From a bacterium (lineage in GTDB: Bacteria; Patescibacteriota; Minisyncoccia; Portnoybacterales; GWB1-42-6): 64,000 bases of DNA. A program made the translations under genes and the position numbers. Below, in pieces: positions 10,300-20,383 of the stretch (positions are counted from its first letter, which is position 1; each line of letters opens with the position of its first letter). Where the stretch lies: positions 111,186 to 175,185 of the forward strand of contig JAZDMV010000023.1 of NCBI GenBank assembly GCA_043800535.1. Reading direction: 5' to 3'. A model generated the notes under the pieces. The model did no database searches. It saw nothing but the letters and a program-made list of their open reading frames with translations, and was not told the DNA's origin.

Positions 10300-10315
10300 A
10301 AATTATTAATGTCTC

Positions 10316-10687
10316 TTATGGCTTTGTCAATAAAAAGATCCCGCCGATGATCAGGGCCACTCCTAAAATCTGCGCAAAATTAAGACTTTCTTTAAAAATG
10401 ACAGAAGAGGCAATAACGATCGCAATCAAATTTAAGCTGGCTGTAATGGGGTATATAATATTTAAGTTAAGCCGGGAAAGAGTTAAAAGCCACGTTACAA
10501 AACCAAAAACCAAAAGAGCTAATCCTCCCAAAATATAGAAGTTCTTGAAAATTAACAAAAAGGCATTCCATAAATTGGCGAACGATATATCCATCGCCCC
10601 TTGGACTGCCATCCCTTTTTTCAAAAGCAGCTCCGCAGCGGCCAAAAATATAATGTTTGCGGCGACTAGAACATATAATGGTATCAT
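10316..10687 (-). CDS. Small 4-TM SMR/EamA-like membrane protein (ArnE/ArnF-like candidate lipid-linked sugar flippase subunit)
   Basis: 123 aa with four hydrophobic helices. Its size and topology match ArnE/ArnF. It sits between a radical SAM gene and methyltransferase genes. Confidence 0.5.
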   Translation of the reverse strand: MIPLYVLVAANIIFLAAAELLLKKGMAVQGAMDISFANLWNAFLLIFKNFYILGGLALLVFGFVTWLLTLSRLNLNIIYPITASLNLIAIVIASSVIFKESLNFAQILGVALIIGGIFLLTKP

Positions 10688-10695
10688 GATTTGGT

Positions 10696-12099
10696 TTAAT
10701 TATTGCTTAATTTAATAAATCTTAACAAGGCCAGAAGCGATCTAATATCCCGCTTTAGCTCGTCCCAGTTCCTTAATCTCATCAAACGTCGCAGAACAAG
10801 CTTTGGCCGGAAAAAGAATTTTTTATTAGCTAGACGGTAGTAATATTGCAGCTTCTCCCGGCTAAGCCCGGGCAGTTCCAGGACGGCATTTGATAAATTA
10901 TAATCATCCCAGTTAAAACTTTTGATGCATCCTCTTTCTTTTGCCCATTCAAAAAGATAGGTTCCGGGAAATGGAATGGCAACATTAAATTGGGCAATAT
11001 CAAGGTCCAGTTTCAAGGCAAAATCAATTGTTCTTTTTACGGTCTCTTCCGTTTCTCCCTGGTTGCCGAACATAAAAGACGCTCTTGTTTCTATGCCTAT
11101 TTTCCTTGCTGTCTTGATTATTTTTTCCACCCTTTCAAGAGAGATCTTTTTGTTTATAGCTTTTAGGATCTCCTCATCGCCCGACTCGACCCCGAATAAT
11201 ATCTGATAGCAGCCGGCTTTTTTCATTAATTTCAGAAGATCTTCGTCAACATAATCAACCCTGGTGATACAGGACCAGCTGATGTCTATTTTCTCATCAA
11301 TGAGCAGATTGCAAAACTCAACTACAACATCCTTAAAAAGAGTAAAGGTATCGTCCACTATTGATATTCCTTTTATGCCGTAATCCCGCTGCAGCGTTTT
11401 GATCTCATCCACAATATTCCTGGCCGATCTTTTCCTGAGCACGCCCCGGAAACAGCGATAACAAAAGGTACATCTTCCCGGGCAGCCCCTGGTGGCAAAA
11501 ATTGTCATGGCTGGCAATTTTTTGTAATTGCCGGGCGCCGGATAATATTTTTTTATCGGCAGCAAATGGTAGGCAGGATGAGGAATATCGTCCAGGTTTT
11601 TGATCAGAGGCCTCAATTCGTTTCTAATGGTGCGGCCGTTTTCCTTGTAGCATATGCCAAGGATCTCCTTTGGAGATTTTCCTGCCACTATTTCTTTTAT
11701 CGTTTCCTCTCCCTCGTCTATCACCACAAAGTCCACATACGAATGAGATATCACTTCTTCGGGCATAATCGAAGGATGCACGCCTCCCATGACAATTTTG
11801 GCGCTGGGAAATTCTTTTTTTGCAATTTTTGCAATTCTCAACGCATTATTGATCAGGGGGGTGGTGGCGGTCAGGCCAATAAAATCCAAACTATCATATC
11901 TTTTTAAAACCTGGTTCATATCATTGACCGTGTAATGTTCGGCCGAACAGTCAAGATAAAAAACTTTGTGATCCTCTTTTTCCAAGACAGCCGCTATTAA
12001 AGCCAGTCCCAAACTTGGCCAGCAGCCGGCAATTTGCTTCCATAAATTCCTGTCCTCCCCTATGACCCAGGGCGGATTTATCAATAATATCTTTTTCAT
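10696..12099 (-). CDS. B12-binding domain radical SAM protein (paralog of 18962-20383)
   Basis: KKILLINPPWVIGEDRNLWKQIAGCWPSLGLALIAAVLE. CxxxCxxC motif GCPGRCTFC. The likely start is MKKILL at 12099 (the six-frame ORF extends to 12144). Confidence 0.85.
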   Translation of the reverse strand: MKKILLINPPWVIGEDRNLWKQIAGCWPSLGLALIAAVLEKEDHKVFYLDCSAEHYTVNDMNQVLKRYDSLDFIGLTATTPLINNALRIAKIAKKEFPSAKIVMGGVHPSIMPEEVISHSYVDFVVIDEGEETIKEIVAGKSPKEILGICYKENGRTIRNELRPLIKNLDDIPHPAYHLLPIKKYYPAPGNYKKLPAMTIFATRGCPGRCTFCYRCFRGVLRKRSARNIVDEIKTLQRDYGIKGISIVDDTFTLFKDVVVEFCNLLIDEKIDISWSCITRVDYVDEDLLKLMKKAGCYQILFGVESGDEEILKAINKKISLERVEKIIKTARKIGIETRASFMFGNQGETEETVKRTIDFALKLDLDIAQFNVAIPFPGTYLFEWAKERGCIKSFNWDDYNLSNAVLELPGLSREKLQYYYRLANKKFFFRPKLVLRRLMRLRNWDELKRDIRSLLALLRFIKLSNN

Positions 12100-12119
12100 T
12101 TTAACCAAGTTTCTGAATG

Positions 12120-12776
12120 TTATATCCACTTGAACATCTTCCAAAAAATTTTCAACCCATCCTTGAAAGCGTTTACCCGCGAAACATCGGCATACCGCGC
12201 TTTTTCAAAACAAGGCACTTCACCGAACTTATAGCCGGCTTTTTTGGCTTTGGCTAAAAATTCAATGCATAAAGAAAAATCATCGGCCTTCAGATCCAAA
12301 GAGTTAAAAACTTCTTTTTTTGCCGCTACAAAAAAATACAAACTGTCAGAAACCTTTGTGCCGTAAAAAAGATTTGTCAAAAAAGTGAATATTTTATTGC
12401 CTATGCTCCGGATGAAAGTGTCGTCTTCGGTACCTGCGCCTGGCATATAACGGGAGCCCATGGCAATATCGTATCCCTCCGCCAACTTGGCCACCAACCT
12501 TGGGATGTCCTTGGGATTTTGAGAATAATCAGCATCCAGAGTCACAACAATATCGCCGGACGCATTTTTGAAACCATGCCGATAGCCGTCGCCAAATCCT
12601 TTTCCCGGCTGGACCAAAACCCGGCACCCAAGAGATTCTGCGATTTGGGCTGTTCTGTCTTTGGAATGACCGTCAACCACCAATATCTCATCCACCGAAT
12701 CTCTGGGAATATTTTTAATGGTCTGGGCAATACATTTTTCTTCGTTCAAGGCCGCAATTAGGGCTGTGATTTTCAT
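12120..12776 (-). CDS. Glycosyltransferase family 2, polyprenyl-phosphate sugar synthase-like (DPM1/ArnC/GtrB-like)
   Basis: ITALIAALNEEKCIAQTI...VVDGHSKDRT...TLDADYSQNP carries the DxD-type GT-A signature. The short 218-aa form is typical of lipid-phosphate GT2 enzymes. Confidence 0.8.
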   Translation of the reverse strand: MKITALIAALNEEKCIAQTIKNIPRDSVDEILVVDGHSKDRTAQIAESLGCRVLVQPGKGFGDGYRHGFKNASGDIVVTLDADYSQNPKDIPRLVAKLAEGYDIAMGSRYMPGAGTEDDTFIRSIGNKIFTFLTNLFYGTKVSDSLYFFVAAKKEVFNSLDLKADDFSLCIEFLAKAKKAGYKFGEVPCFEKARYADVSRVNAFKDGLKIFWKMFKWI

Positions 12777-13852
12777 AGATAGAAGTTCTTTATTTTATTA
12801 CAAATTAATTTTACCTGATTTTCGGTCAAAGAAACAGAGGACGGCAGCCAAAGGCCGGTTTTCGCGATTTTTTCGGCTATCGGGTAGCGGCCTGGCTTTT
12901 TATAGGCGGGCTGGCTGTGAAGCGCCGGATATATCGGCCGGGAACCTATCTGCTCGTCTTTTAAAAAAGCGATTAATTTTTTCCGGTCAGGCACGAAAAT
13001 ATCCGCAAACCAGGGCGTTGTCTGTTTTAGATCCGTCCCAATGAATTTTATCTGCTTTACGCCGGCCAAAAGCTTTCTATATAAAGCAAATATTTTTTTC
13101 TTTTTGGTCATACGCGCTTTTATTTTTTTCATCTGCGCCACGCCAAAAACCGCCTGCAGATCGGTAAATTTAAAATTCCAGCCGACCTCTTCATAAAAAT
13201 CTGCCCCGCCTTGCAGGCGGCCAAAATCTTTAATCCGTTTAATTTTTTCAAAGATTTTTACGTCGTTTGTCACAAGCGCCCCGCCCTGGCCGGTTGTTAT
13301 GATCTTTGGCGCGCTGAAAGAAAAACTACCGATAACTCCAAAAGTGCCCAGGTGCCGTCCGCGATAAAAAGACCCCAACGACTGAGCCGCGTCCTCAATG
13401 AGATAAACGTGCTTTTTTGAACAAAGCTTTTTTAATTTCGCCAGTTCTCCCGCCCGTCCGTTCAAAGAAACATGCATCACCGCTTTTGTCTTTTTGTTTA
13501 TGGCCTCCGTAACCTTTTCAACGTCAAGGCACAAACTTTTTTCTTCAATATCAACAAAAACCGGTTTGGCGCCCGCCAGAATGACCGCATTAGGAGTGGC
13601 AGCCATTGTGATGTCTGGCACAATGACCTCGTCGCCTGAACCAACGCCCAAAGCACGAAGCGCGACAAATAAGCTGACTGTACCATTGGAAACAACCGAA
13701 CAATACCTAGCGCCACAAAAACGCGCAATCATTTCTTCAAATTCGCGCGTTTTTTTAAATTCCATCAGCCAGCCGCCGGAATTTAAATAATCGCTGACTG
13801 CTTTTATTTCTTCCCGGCCGTAGGATGGCTCAGTCTGGTGAATAAACTTCAT
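12773..13852 (-). CDS. DegT/DnrJ/EryC1/StrS family sugar aminotransferase
   Basis: FSFSAPKIITTGQGGALV is the PLP-Lys motif. 359 aa. ATGA overlap with the GT2 gene. Confidence 0.85.
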   Translation of the reverse strand: MKFIHQTEPSYGREEIKAVSDYLNSGGWLMEFKKTREFEEMIARFCGARYCSVVSNGTVSLFVALRALGVGSGDEVIVPDITMAATPNAVILAGAKPVFVDIEEKSLCLDVEKVTEAINKKTKAVMHVSLNGRAGELAKLKKLCSKKHVYLIEDAAQSLGSFYRGRHLGTFGVIGSFSFSAPKIITTGQGGALVTNDVKIFEKIKRIKDFGRLQGGADFYEEVGWNFKFTDLQAVFGVAQMKKIKARMTKKKKIFALYRKLLAGVKQIKFIGTDLKQTTPWFADIFVPDRKKLIAFLKDEQIGSRPIYPALHSQPAYKKPGRYPIAEKIAKTGLWLPSSVSLTENQVKLICNKIKNFYL

Positions 13853-13895
13853 ATGAAATCTTATAGAAAACTAAGCAGCTATGCCGCTCTTATAA

Positions 13896-14282
13896 TTAAA
13901 TCAAAATTTTATCTTCTATAAAAGGGCCATTTTTCGTCTCAACCATTTCTGCGTCTTCCAGGACATGGATCCCATAACCGCCATGCATCAATACAAAAAA
14001 ATCTCCACCAGATAAATAAATGAATTTTAAAAACTTTTTGTCGGGACCGTAGAGATCAAGTTTTATCCTTCCCTTTTTAACCATCAAAAATTCTTGGAGA
14101 CAATCAGTGGTTCTTTTTCTTGGCTTATGCATATGGGCTTTCAAATAAGCACCATTTTTATGCCGCAAGGTCACCACCTGCAGCGGTTCTTTTCCGTCGG
14201 TCAATGGAATAGACCCTTTTGGCAACGCCTTAACCCGAAAACCAATAAGTTTTTTTTTGTAAAATATTTTTTCCATTTTTTC
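13896..14282 (-). CDS. Cupin-fold WxcM/FdtA-like protein (putative NDP-4-keto-6-deoxyhexose 3,4-ketoisomerase)
   Basis: The HxH...E...G...H pattern (KAHMHKP...QEFLMV...GGDFFVLMHGGYGIHVLEDAEMV) resembles FdtA. The start is taken at the internal MEKIFYKK to avoid overlap with the gmd paralog. Confidence 0.45.
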   Translation of the reverse strand, partial: EKMEKIFYKKKLIGFRVKALPKGSIPLTDGKEPLQVVTLRHKNGAYLKAHMHKPRKRTTDCLQEFLMVKKGRIKLDLYGPDKKFLKFIYLSGGDFFVLMHGGYGIHVLEDAEMVETKNGPFIEDKILI

Positions 14283-14289
14283 AATCACC

Positions 14290-15357
14290 TTACATAAACG
14301 CTTTGCGCACCTTAAAATGCTTCCCCAGTAAGGCCTCCTGCTGCGCAATCTTGAAATCTTCTCTTGCCATGAGCTTGGCTAACGCCCTAAACGTCGTTTT
14401 TGGCCGCCAGCCCAAAACTTCTCTTGCTTTTGAAGAATCCCCTTGCAAAAAATCTACTTCAGACGGCCTGAAATAAAGAGGGTCCACTTTTACGACAACT
14501 TTTCCGGTCTTTTTATCAATGCCCTGCTCATTTAACTTTTTGCCCTTCCAGACAATATCCATACCCAGATTCCTGCCGACTTCTTCAACAAATTCCCTGA
14601 CCGTATGGCTTTCCCCGGTTGCCAGCAAAAAATCATCCGGCTTTTTGTGCTGGAGGATCATCCAAATACCCTCAACATAGTCCTTGGAATAACCCCAGTC
14701 CCTTTTTGAGTCCAGATTTCCGAGCTTTAAGACGTCCTGGAGGCCCAGCTTGACCCTTGATAACCCTAATGAAATTTTACGGGTAACAAAGTTAACCCCT
14801 CTCCTTGGCGATTCGTGATTAAAAAGTATGCCGTTGGAGGCAAAAATCCCGTAGCTGTTGCGGTATACTTTTGTTATATAGAAAGCGAACACCTTTGAAC
14901 ATCCGTAAGGAGACTGTGGATTAAAGTAGGTGTCTAAATTTTGCGGCGCGGGAGCTTTTCCAAACATTTCCGAAGAGCTTGCCTGATAGTATCTGGCAGG
15001 CATTTTGAGATTGTGAATTGCCTCCAGCACCCTTAAGGCACCAAGACCCGTTATGTTGCCGGTATATTCTGGCTTTTCAAAACTTATTCCAACGTGGCTT
15101 TGCGAAGCAAGATTATATATCTCGTCTGGCTCAATTTGAGATAAAACTCTATGTAAGCTGGCACTGTCGCTTAAATCTCCATAAACAGTCATAAAGTTCG
15201 GGAATTCGGGATTGTCGTAAAGATGATCAATTCTAAAAGTATTGGGCACACTTGAGCGCCTTTGAATTCCATATACTTTATAGCCCTTTTCCAGCAATAA
15301 TTCGGCCAAATACGAACCATCCTGGCCTGTTATGCCGGTAATTAATGCCTTTTTCAT
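14290..15357 (-). CDS. gmd: GDP-mannose 4,6-dehydratase (second paralog)
   Basis: ALITGITGQDGSYLAELLLEKGYKVYGIQRRSS. YGCSKVF is the YxxxK motif. 355 aa. Confidence 0.9.
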   Translation of the reverse strand: MKKALITGITGQDGSYLAELLLEKGYKVYGIQRRSSVPNTFRIDHLYDNPEFPNFMTVYGDLSDSASLHRVLSQIEPDEIYNLASQSHVGISFEKPEYTGNITGLGALRVLEAIHNLKMPARYYQASSSEMFGKAPAPQNLDTYFNPQSPYGCSKVFAFYITKVYRNSYGIFASNGILFNHESPRRGVNFVTRKISLGLSRVKLGLQDVLKLGNLDSKRDWGYSKDYVEGIWMILQHKKPDDFLLATGESHTVREFVEEVGRNLGMDIVWKGKKLNEQGIDKKTGKVVVKVDPLYFRPSEVDFLQGDSSKAREVLGWRPKTTFRALAKLMAREDFKIAQQEALLGKHFKVRKAFM

Positions 15358-15429
15358 ATGGGTTTATATTACACGAAAATATGTTTTTTGACAATATCGT
15401 TCGGCAATGTCTTTAATGCGTGAATACAC

Positions 15430-15467
15430 GAAGAAAACCCCTGACTTGGATTGTTCCAAGTCAGGGG
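15430..15467 (-). terminator. Rho-independent terminator after the Dabb gene
   Basis: 12-bp GC-rich stem cccctgacttgg/ccaagtcagggg. It is followed on the minus strand by ttttctt. Confidence 0.55.
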
Positions 15468-15490
15468 CTGTTGATCTTTCTAAATTATGT

Positions 15491-15814
15491 CTATGGCGGC
15501 ATCGGCGCGTATATATCGCCGGTCCACCAGTCGGCAATCTGCTTCATTAATTCGCCAATCTCTTTGTGCTTCGGGTGGTCTTTGAACTTCCGCAGGGCGG
15601 CATAGTTTTTAAAAGCAGAGACTTCTACTAAATGCACGCTTTTGCGCAAATCCATATTCTCTCTTACTGTCCAAAAAAGAATCCCCGCCTCTTTGCCTCC
15701 GCAATCCTCACCCATGGATTGTAGCCTCAAAAACGCTTCCTGTCTCTGCCCCTCTGTCGATCCGGGCTTAAAAGAAAAAAGGATAACATGAAAAACATTT
15801 TCATCCTTCTGCAT
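15491..15814 (-). CDS. Dabb (stress-responsive dimeric alpha/beta-barrel) family protein
   Basis: 107 aa. The pattern HVILFSFKPG...LVEVSAFKNYAALRKF is characteristic of the Dabb domain. Confidence 0.55.
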   Translation of the reverse strand: MQKDENVFHVILFSFKPGSTEGQRQEAFLRLQSMGEDCGGKEAGILFWTVRENMDLRKSVHLVEVSAFKNYAALRKFKDHPKHKEIGELMKQIADWWTGDIYAPMPP

Positions 15815-15947
15815 CTCTCTCTCCTTTCCCTCGGATTTTTACCCAAATTTGAAGAACAATAAAGCAGGATAACATCTTTCTGTTTTTCTGTCAAACGGAA
15901 AAGCCAAAGCACATGATCACCTAGGCTAACATTACAAAACTGTTTCT

Positions 15948-17615
15948 TTATTCGCAAACAGTTATTTCTTTTAACTCGTTGTTTGTATTTTCTGTGATGA
16001 TTTCTGTTAATTCTTTATCATAGCCAGCAAAACTGGTAATGCCGTATTTTTTAAAAACCTGCTTAAGCTCGTTTTTAGCGGCCAGCTTTTTGATCGTAGA
16101 GGGCGCAAAATAAATAAAATTTCTGTCCAGATAATAAGCCAGCGCTTCAGGCATTTCAGACGCCCAGCCCACGACCGTCACGCCGTTTTTACCAAATAAA
16201 TTTTTATTTTCTTCATTCCTGGCGAAAGCCAGGATCTGACGTGTCTGGCCAGGATTGGCATATGCCTCGTGAAGATTCCACCAGCTGATCTGAAAAAAGA
16301 AAAATACCAAAACTGCTGTTACGCCCCCCATTATCATTTTCGCGGATTTTTGTTCTAGATCAAAATGTTCCGCCGCCAGTTTGGCGATACGGCTGATGCC
16401 CAACGCCAAAAAAATCGAAGCCGGCAGATTCAAAACTGCCAAATGTGCAAAATTGGAAGTTTTCAAAAACGTCAAAATTGCCAGCCATGAAACGATGAAT
16501 GACAAGCCAAAAACAAACCAATTGTGCTTTTTCTGCCGCCAGAGTTCCTGCCCGCCCAAGAAAATCAAAAGCCAAGAAAAAGCCCCGCCAAAAACAATTA
16601 GAGAAAGAAACAGCCCCTTAAAATACATCCAGGCCGAAAAAGCACGTGTTACAATTTCGCTTTTGAAAAAACCTATGGATACGCCGTAATCCTTAAAGAA
16701 CATTCCGAAATCGCCCCAGAAACTAAACTGTTTTATCAACGAAATTCCCTGATTTTGGACATAAACTTCCCGCAAAAATTCCTGCCTTTTATTATAAAAT
16801 GTGTAAGGGTCAGGAAAAACATAACCATAGATATAAGATGGCTCGTTGGGGCTTTGATTGACTCCCAACATTACTCCAAAATAGGAATTTCCGCCGATCA
16901 AGAAGAAAGGGAACGCCACCAACAGGAACGATAAACCAAACCAGAAACATCTTTGCAGCGCAATTTTCAGGTTTTTCCTCTGCGCCAAAAATTCGAGAAC
17001 TAAAAATGCCGGGAACGCTACTATAAAATTATTCTTTGCCGCGGCTGATAGCCCCAAAAATAATCCGGCCAAGAGCAGATAGATTATTTTTCTGTCTTTC
17101 GGCCAAAAATAAATAAAAGACGCGATCGTCAAAAAAAGATATGCCCACTCCTGCGTGCCGGCCGCGTTAGAAAATGGCAAAGCGTATGGAGCAAGGATCG
17201 CCAAAAATGCCGCCGTGAGCGCTATTTCACGCCTAAAATGTCTGCTCGCGATAAAATATAAAATTACAGCGCAAAGTGAATAAATAAAAAAAGAAACAAA
17301 AATCGGCAGATCGGGATGGAATCCAGTAGTTCTGAATAGTAGACCGTAAAGTAAAAAGGTCAGTTTGTTTCCCAACTCTGCCCCCACTCCCTGCGTTTTT
17401 ACCGCTTCCAGCGATAAAACAGCACCGTTAGCGTTTTCATATGCAAAACTGTTGTTCTCGGACCAATTGCGCGAAACTAAAAGATTAAAATAAGAAGTGC
17501 TGGTAAGGCCAATAGCCCGATACACAAAATAATGCGCAAAAAAACTGAACAAAAAAATAACGGCCACTAAAATAATAACTCTGGCGATTTTATTTTCTTT
17601 AAGAAATTTGTTCAT
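15948..17615 (-). CDS. Polytopic membrane protein, GT-C fold glycosyltransferase-like (ArnT/PMT-like)
   Basis: 555 aa with more than 10 TM helices. An AAKNNF region follows TM. Its topology resembles ArnT/PMT-family transferases. Confidence 0.45.
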   Translation of the reverse strand: MNKFLKENKIARVIILVAVIFLFSFFAHYFVYRAIGLTSTSYFNLLVSRNWSENNSFAYENANGAVLSLEAVKTQGVGAELGNKLTFLLYGLLFRTTGFHPDLPIFVSFFIYSLCAVILYFIASRHFRREIALTAAFLAILAPYALPFSNAAGTQEWAYLFLTIASFIYFWPKDRKIIYLLLAGLFLGLSAAAKNNFIVAFPAFLVLEFLAQRKNLKIALQRCFWFGLSFLLVAFPFFLIGGNSYFGVMLGVNQSPNEPSYIYGYVFPDPYTFYNKRQEFLREVYVQNQGISLIKQFSFWGDFGMFFKDYGVSIGFFKSEIVTRAFSAWMYFKGLFLSLIVFGGAFSWLLIFLGGQELWRQKKHNWFVFGLSFIVSWLAILTFLKTSNFAHLAVLNLPASIFLALGISRIAKLAAEHFDLEQKSAKMIMGGVTAVLVFFFFQISWWNLHEAYANPGQTRQILAFARNEENKNLFGKNGVTVVGWASEMPEALAYYLDRNFIYFAPSTIKKLAAKNELKQVFKKYGITSFAGYDKELTEIITENTNNELKEITVCE

Positions 17616-17619
17616 ACGA

Positions 17620-18978
17620 TTAAAAAAGCCCGATCTTCTCCTTGAATCTTTCCAGATTCAGCAATAGATCGACCAGTCCGTTTAAAAAAATTAAACCTAT
17701 CGCGGCCCACAAAATTTTATTATACGCCCAGGTTTTTATTCTGCCCAGCGCCACCAAAAAATAAGCGGCAAAGATCGCCAAAGCCGGATAAATCTGGAAA
17801 CGGTATCTGGTTTCCACCACCGTCACAAAAACAAGCAAAGAAACACTCAAGGCAAAAACTGCTAGATACGCCAACGCTTCTCGCTGCGTTTCTTTTTTAA
17901 AAAATACTGACTTTATTATTCCGCCAAGTCCCAGAACAAATAAAAAACAAGAAGCCAAAGCAGAAGACAAAACAAATAACATCTGTCCAAGGCCGGTCTG
18001 GTAGAACCAGAATCCCATTGGTCTGGCGACGCTGAAATACTTGCTTATCCTAAAAATCGTCAGTTTTAAAAATTCAGCCGGGTAATCGCGCAAAAATTCC
18101 TTAAACCGCGCTAGCGACTCGCCATTGATGTTTTTCACTTCCTCTGTGGCGGCAAACTGACGCTGTTCGTCCGTCGGCTCTTGTTCGCCGTTGCCGTTGT
18201 GATAATTGCCTATCCAGAAATTAAAATTGCCCGCGGCGCCAAACGGCATAAATTCTTGATACACCGCATAATTTCTGACTGTCCAGGGCGTAAAAACCGC
18301 TGCTAAAATTATCAAAAACAAAATTCCCTGGCGCCACAGTTTTCCTCGATAAAAATAAAAAATAATAACCGGAGTGAATAAAAGAACTGTCGGCCGCGCC
18401 AGAACCGCCAGCCCGGAAGCCAAAGCTAAACAAGCAACCAGCCAATAACTTTTCTGCCGGAAGTGCCAAAAGAAAAAATAAAGCATCAGGCACAATAAAA
18501 AAAGATACAATGTTTCGCTCATCAGCATCGCCGAAATTTCTATCAGGTCCGGATAAAATCCGAAAATTGCCGATGCCCACAATCCTATTGTTTTTTTCCT
18601 TTCGGAATTGAAAAATATTAAAAGTACCGTAAGATAGACCAGCCACGCCGATAAAGCGTGAACTACCGCCTGCAAAATCCAGACCGGCCGCAAGTCATGC
18701 CCGAAAATTTTATATGCACCCGCCAAAAAATACTGATACAGCGGCCCGACTCTGGCAATCGCGTAGTCATGCGCCAAATCTTTGTCCAAATCTTCCCGAT
18801 ATCCCTGGCCGCTGACGATATTGAAAGCGATCTTATCATAAGCCCGCGCGTCCACCAGAGGCTTGATCTTAAAATGGAAAGAATAAAATAAGCTGGCGCA
18901 AAAAGACAGCAACAAAATTATGAGCAAAATCTTGTTGTTTTTTAAAAAATCCTTAAGCTCGCTATTTAAGATTTTCAT
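17620..18978 (-). CDS. Polytopic membrane protein, GT-C fold glycosyltransferase-like (ArnT/PMT-like)
   Basis: 452 aa with multiple TM helices. The first-loop acidic motif is DARAYDKIAF. Its start overlaps the radical SAM gene stop by 17 nt. Confidence 0.45.
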   Translation of the reverse strand: MKILNSELKDFLKNNKILLIILLLSFCASLFYSFHFKIKPLVDARAYDKIAFNIVSGQGYREDLDKDLAHDYAIARVGPLYQYFLAGAYKIFGHDLRPVWILQAVVHALSAWLVYLTVLLIFFNSERKKTIGLWASAIFGFYPDLIEISAMLMSETLYLFLLCLMLYFFFWHFRQKSYWLVACLALASGLAVLARPTVLLFTPVIIFYFYRGKLWRQGILFLIILAAVFTPWTVRNYAVYQEFMPFGAAGNFNFWIGNYHNGNGEQEPTDEQRQFAATEEVKNINGESLARFKEFLRDYPAEFLKLTIFRISKYFSVARPMGFWFYQTGLGQMLFVLSSALASCFLFVLGLGGIIKSVFFKKETQREALAYLAVFALSVSLLVFVTVVETRYRFQIYPALAIFAAYFLVALGRIKTWAYNKILWAAIGLIFLNGLVDLLLNLERFKEKIGLF

Positions 18979-20383
18979 AGATAAATTTAAGCAGGACCAG
19001 TCCGCCTTTGAATTCCTGCTTGAACTGCTCCCAGCTTCTTATATGTGCCAGACGCCGCAAAATTATTTTTGGCCGGAAATAAAATTTTCGGTGCGCCAGC
19101 TCGTAATAATGCTGGAGCGTTTTTGCGTTTAGGCCCGGCACCTCCCAGACCACGTTTGACATGCTATAATCGTCCCAGTCAAAGCTTTTTACATATCCTT
19201 TCTTCCTGGCCCAATCAAAAAGTTCGGTTCCTGGATACGCTGTGGCGATGTTAAACTGCACCTCGTCAGGATCAAGCTTAATCGCAAAATCAATCGTCTT
19301 TTTTATCGTTTCTTCCGTCTCCCCCTGATTGCCGAACATGAACGAAGCGCGCGTTTCAATCCCCACGCGCCTGGCCGCCCTTACAACCTGCCTGACCTGG
19401 TCCAAAGAGATCCGCTTATTGATATTTTCCAAAATTTGCTCGTCAGCCGATTCCACTCCAAATAAAATCAGATGGCAGCCGGCCTGTTTCATCAGCGACA
19501 AAAGCTCCTCGTCAACCCGATCAACCCTGGTAAAACACGACCAGGTTATGTCAATTCCCTCTTCGATTATTGTACCACAGAATTCCCTGACCACATCTTT
19601 GAACAAAGTAAACGTGTCATCGTAAAAAGCCACTTCCTTTATGCCATAATTTTTCTGCAGGATTTTAATTTCGTTTAAAATATCGGCCGCCGATCGCTTT
19701 CTGACAATTCCTCGAAACGCGCGGTGGCAAAAGGTACATCTTCCCGGACACCCCCGCGTGGCAAACAATATCATGGCCGGCAGGCGTTTGTAACTGCCAA
19801 TTGCCGGATAATATTTTCCCATCGGCAGAAGATGATAAGATGGCGGCGGAATGGTATCCAGATCACTTATCAACGGCCGTGATTCGTTTTTAATAACCTG
19901 GCCGCTATCTTTAAAAACCAATCCTAAAATTTCTTTGGGATCCCGGCCAACAACTAATTCTTTCATCGTTTCTTCTCCCTCGTCAACAACCACAAAATCA
20001 ACATTCTCGTCCGCGATGACTTCTTCTGGCATAACCGAAGGATGAACACCGCCCAGCACTATTTTCGCTTCCGGAAAAACTCTTCTGGCTTGCCGCGCGA
20101 TAGCCAAAGCGTTATTGATCATCGGCGTTGTGGCGGTCAGGCCGACAAAATCGGGCTTTTCGCCCAGGCTTTTAAGAAATTCACCGGTTTCGCCAACAGT
20201 GTATCGCTCGGCCGTGCAGTCAAGGTATCGAACAATGTGCCCTCCCTGTTCCAAGACCGCCGCAATATAAGCCAAACCTAAACTCGGCCAGCAACTGGCT
20301 ACTTGCTCCCACAAATTCTTATTTTCGCCTATAACCCAGGGTGGATTAATGAGTAAAACTTTTTTTGCCGAGCCAATATTCAT
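18962..20383 (-). CDS. B12-binding domain radical SAM protein (paralog of 10696-12099)
   Basis: KKVLLINPPWVIGENKNLWEQVASCWPSLGLAYIAAVLE. Cluster motif GCPGRCTFC. High similarity to 10696-12099 along the whole length. Confidence 0.85.
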   Translation of the reverse strand: MNIGSAKKVLLINPPWVIGENKNLWEQVASCWPSLGLAYIAAVLEQGGHIVRYLDCTAERYTVGETGEFLKSLGEKPDFVGLTATTPMINNALAIARQARRVFPEAKIVLGGVHPSVMPEEVIADENVDFVVVDEGEETMKELVVGRDPKEILGLVFKDSGQVIKNESRPLISDLDTIPPPSYHLLPMGKYYPAIGSYKRLPAMILFATRGCPGRCTFCHRAFRGIVRKRSAADILNEIKILQKNYGIKEVAFYDDTFTLFKDVVREFCGTIIEEGIDITWSCFTRVDRVDEELLSLMKQAGCHLILFGVESADEQILENINKRISLDQVRQVVRAARRVGIETRASFMFGNQGETEETIKKTIDFAIKLDPDEVQFNIATAYPGTELFDWARKKGYVKSFDWDDYSMSNVVWEVPGLNAKTLQHYYELAHRKFYFRPKIILRRLAHIRSWEQFKQEFKGGLVLLKFIYENLK

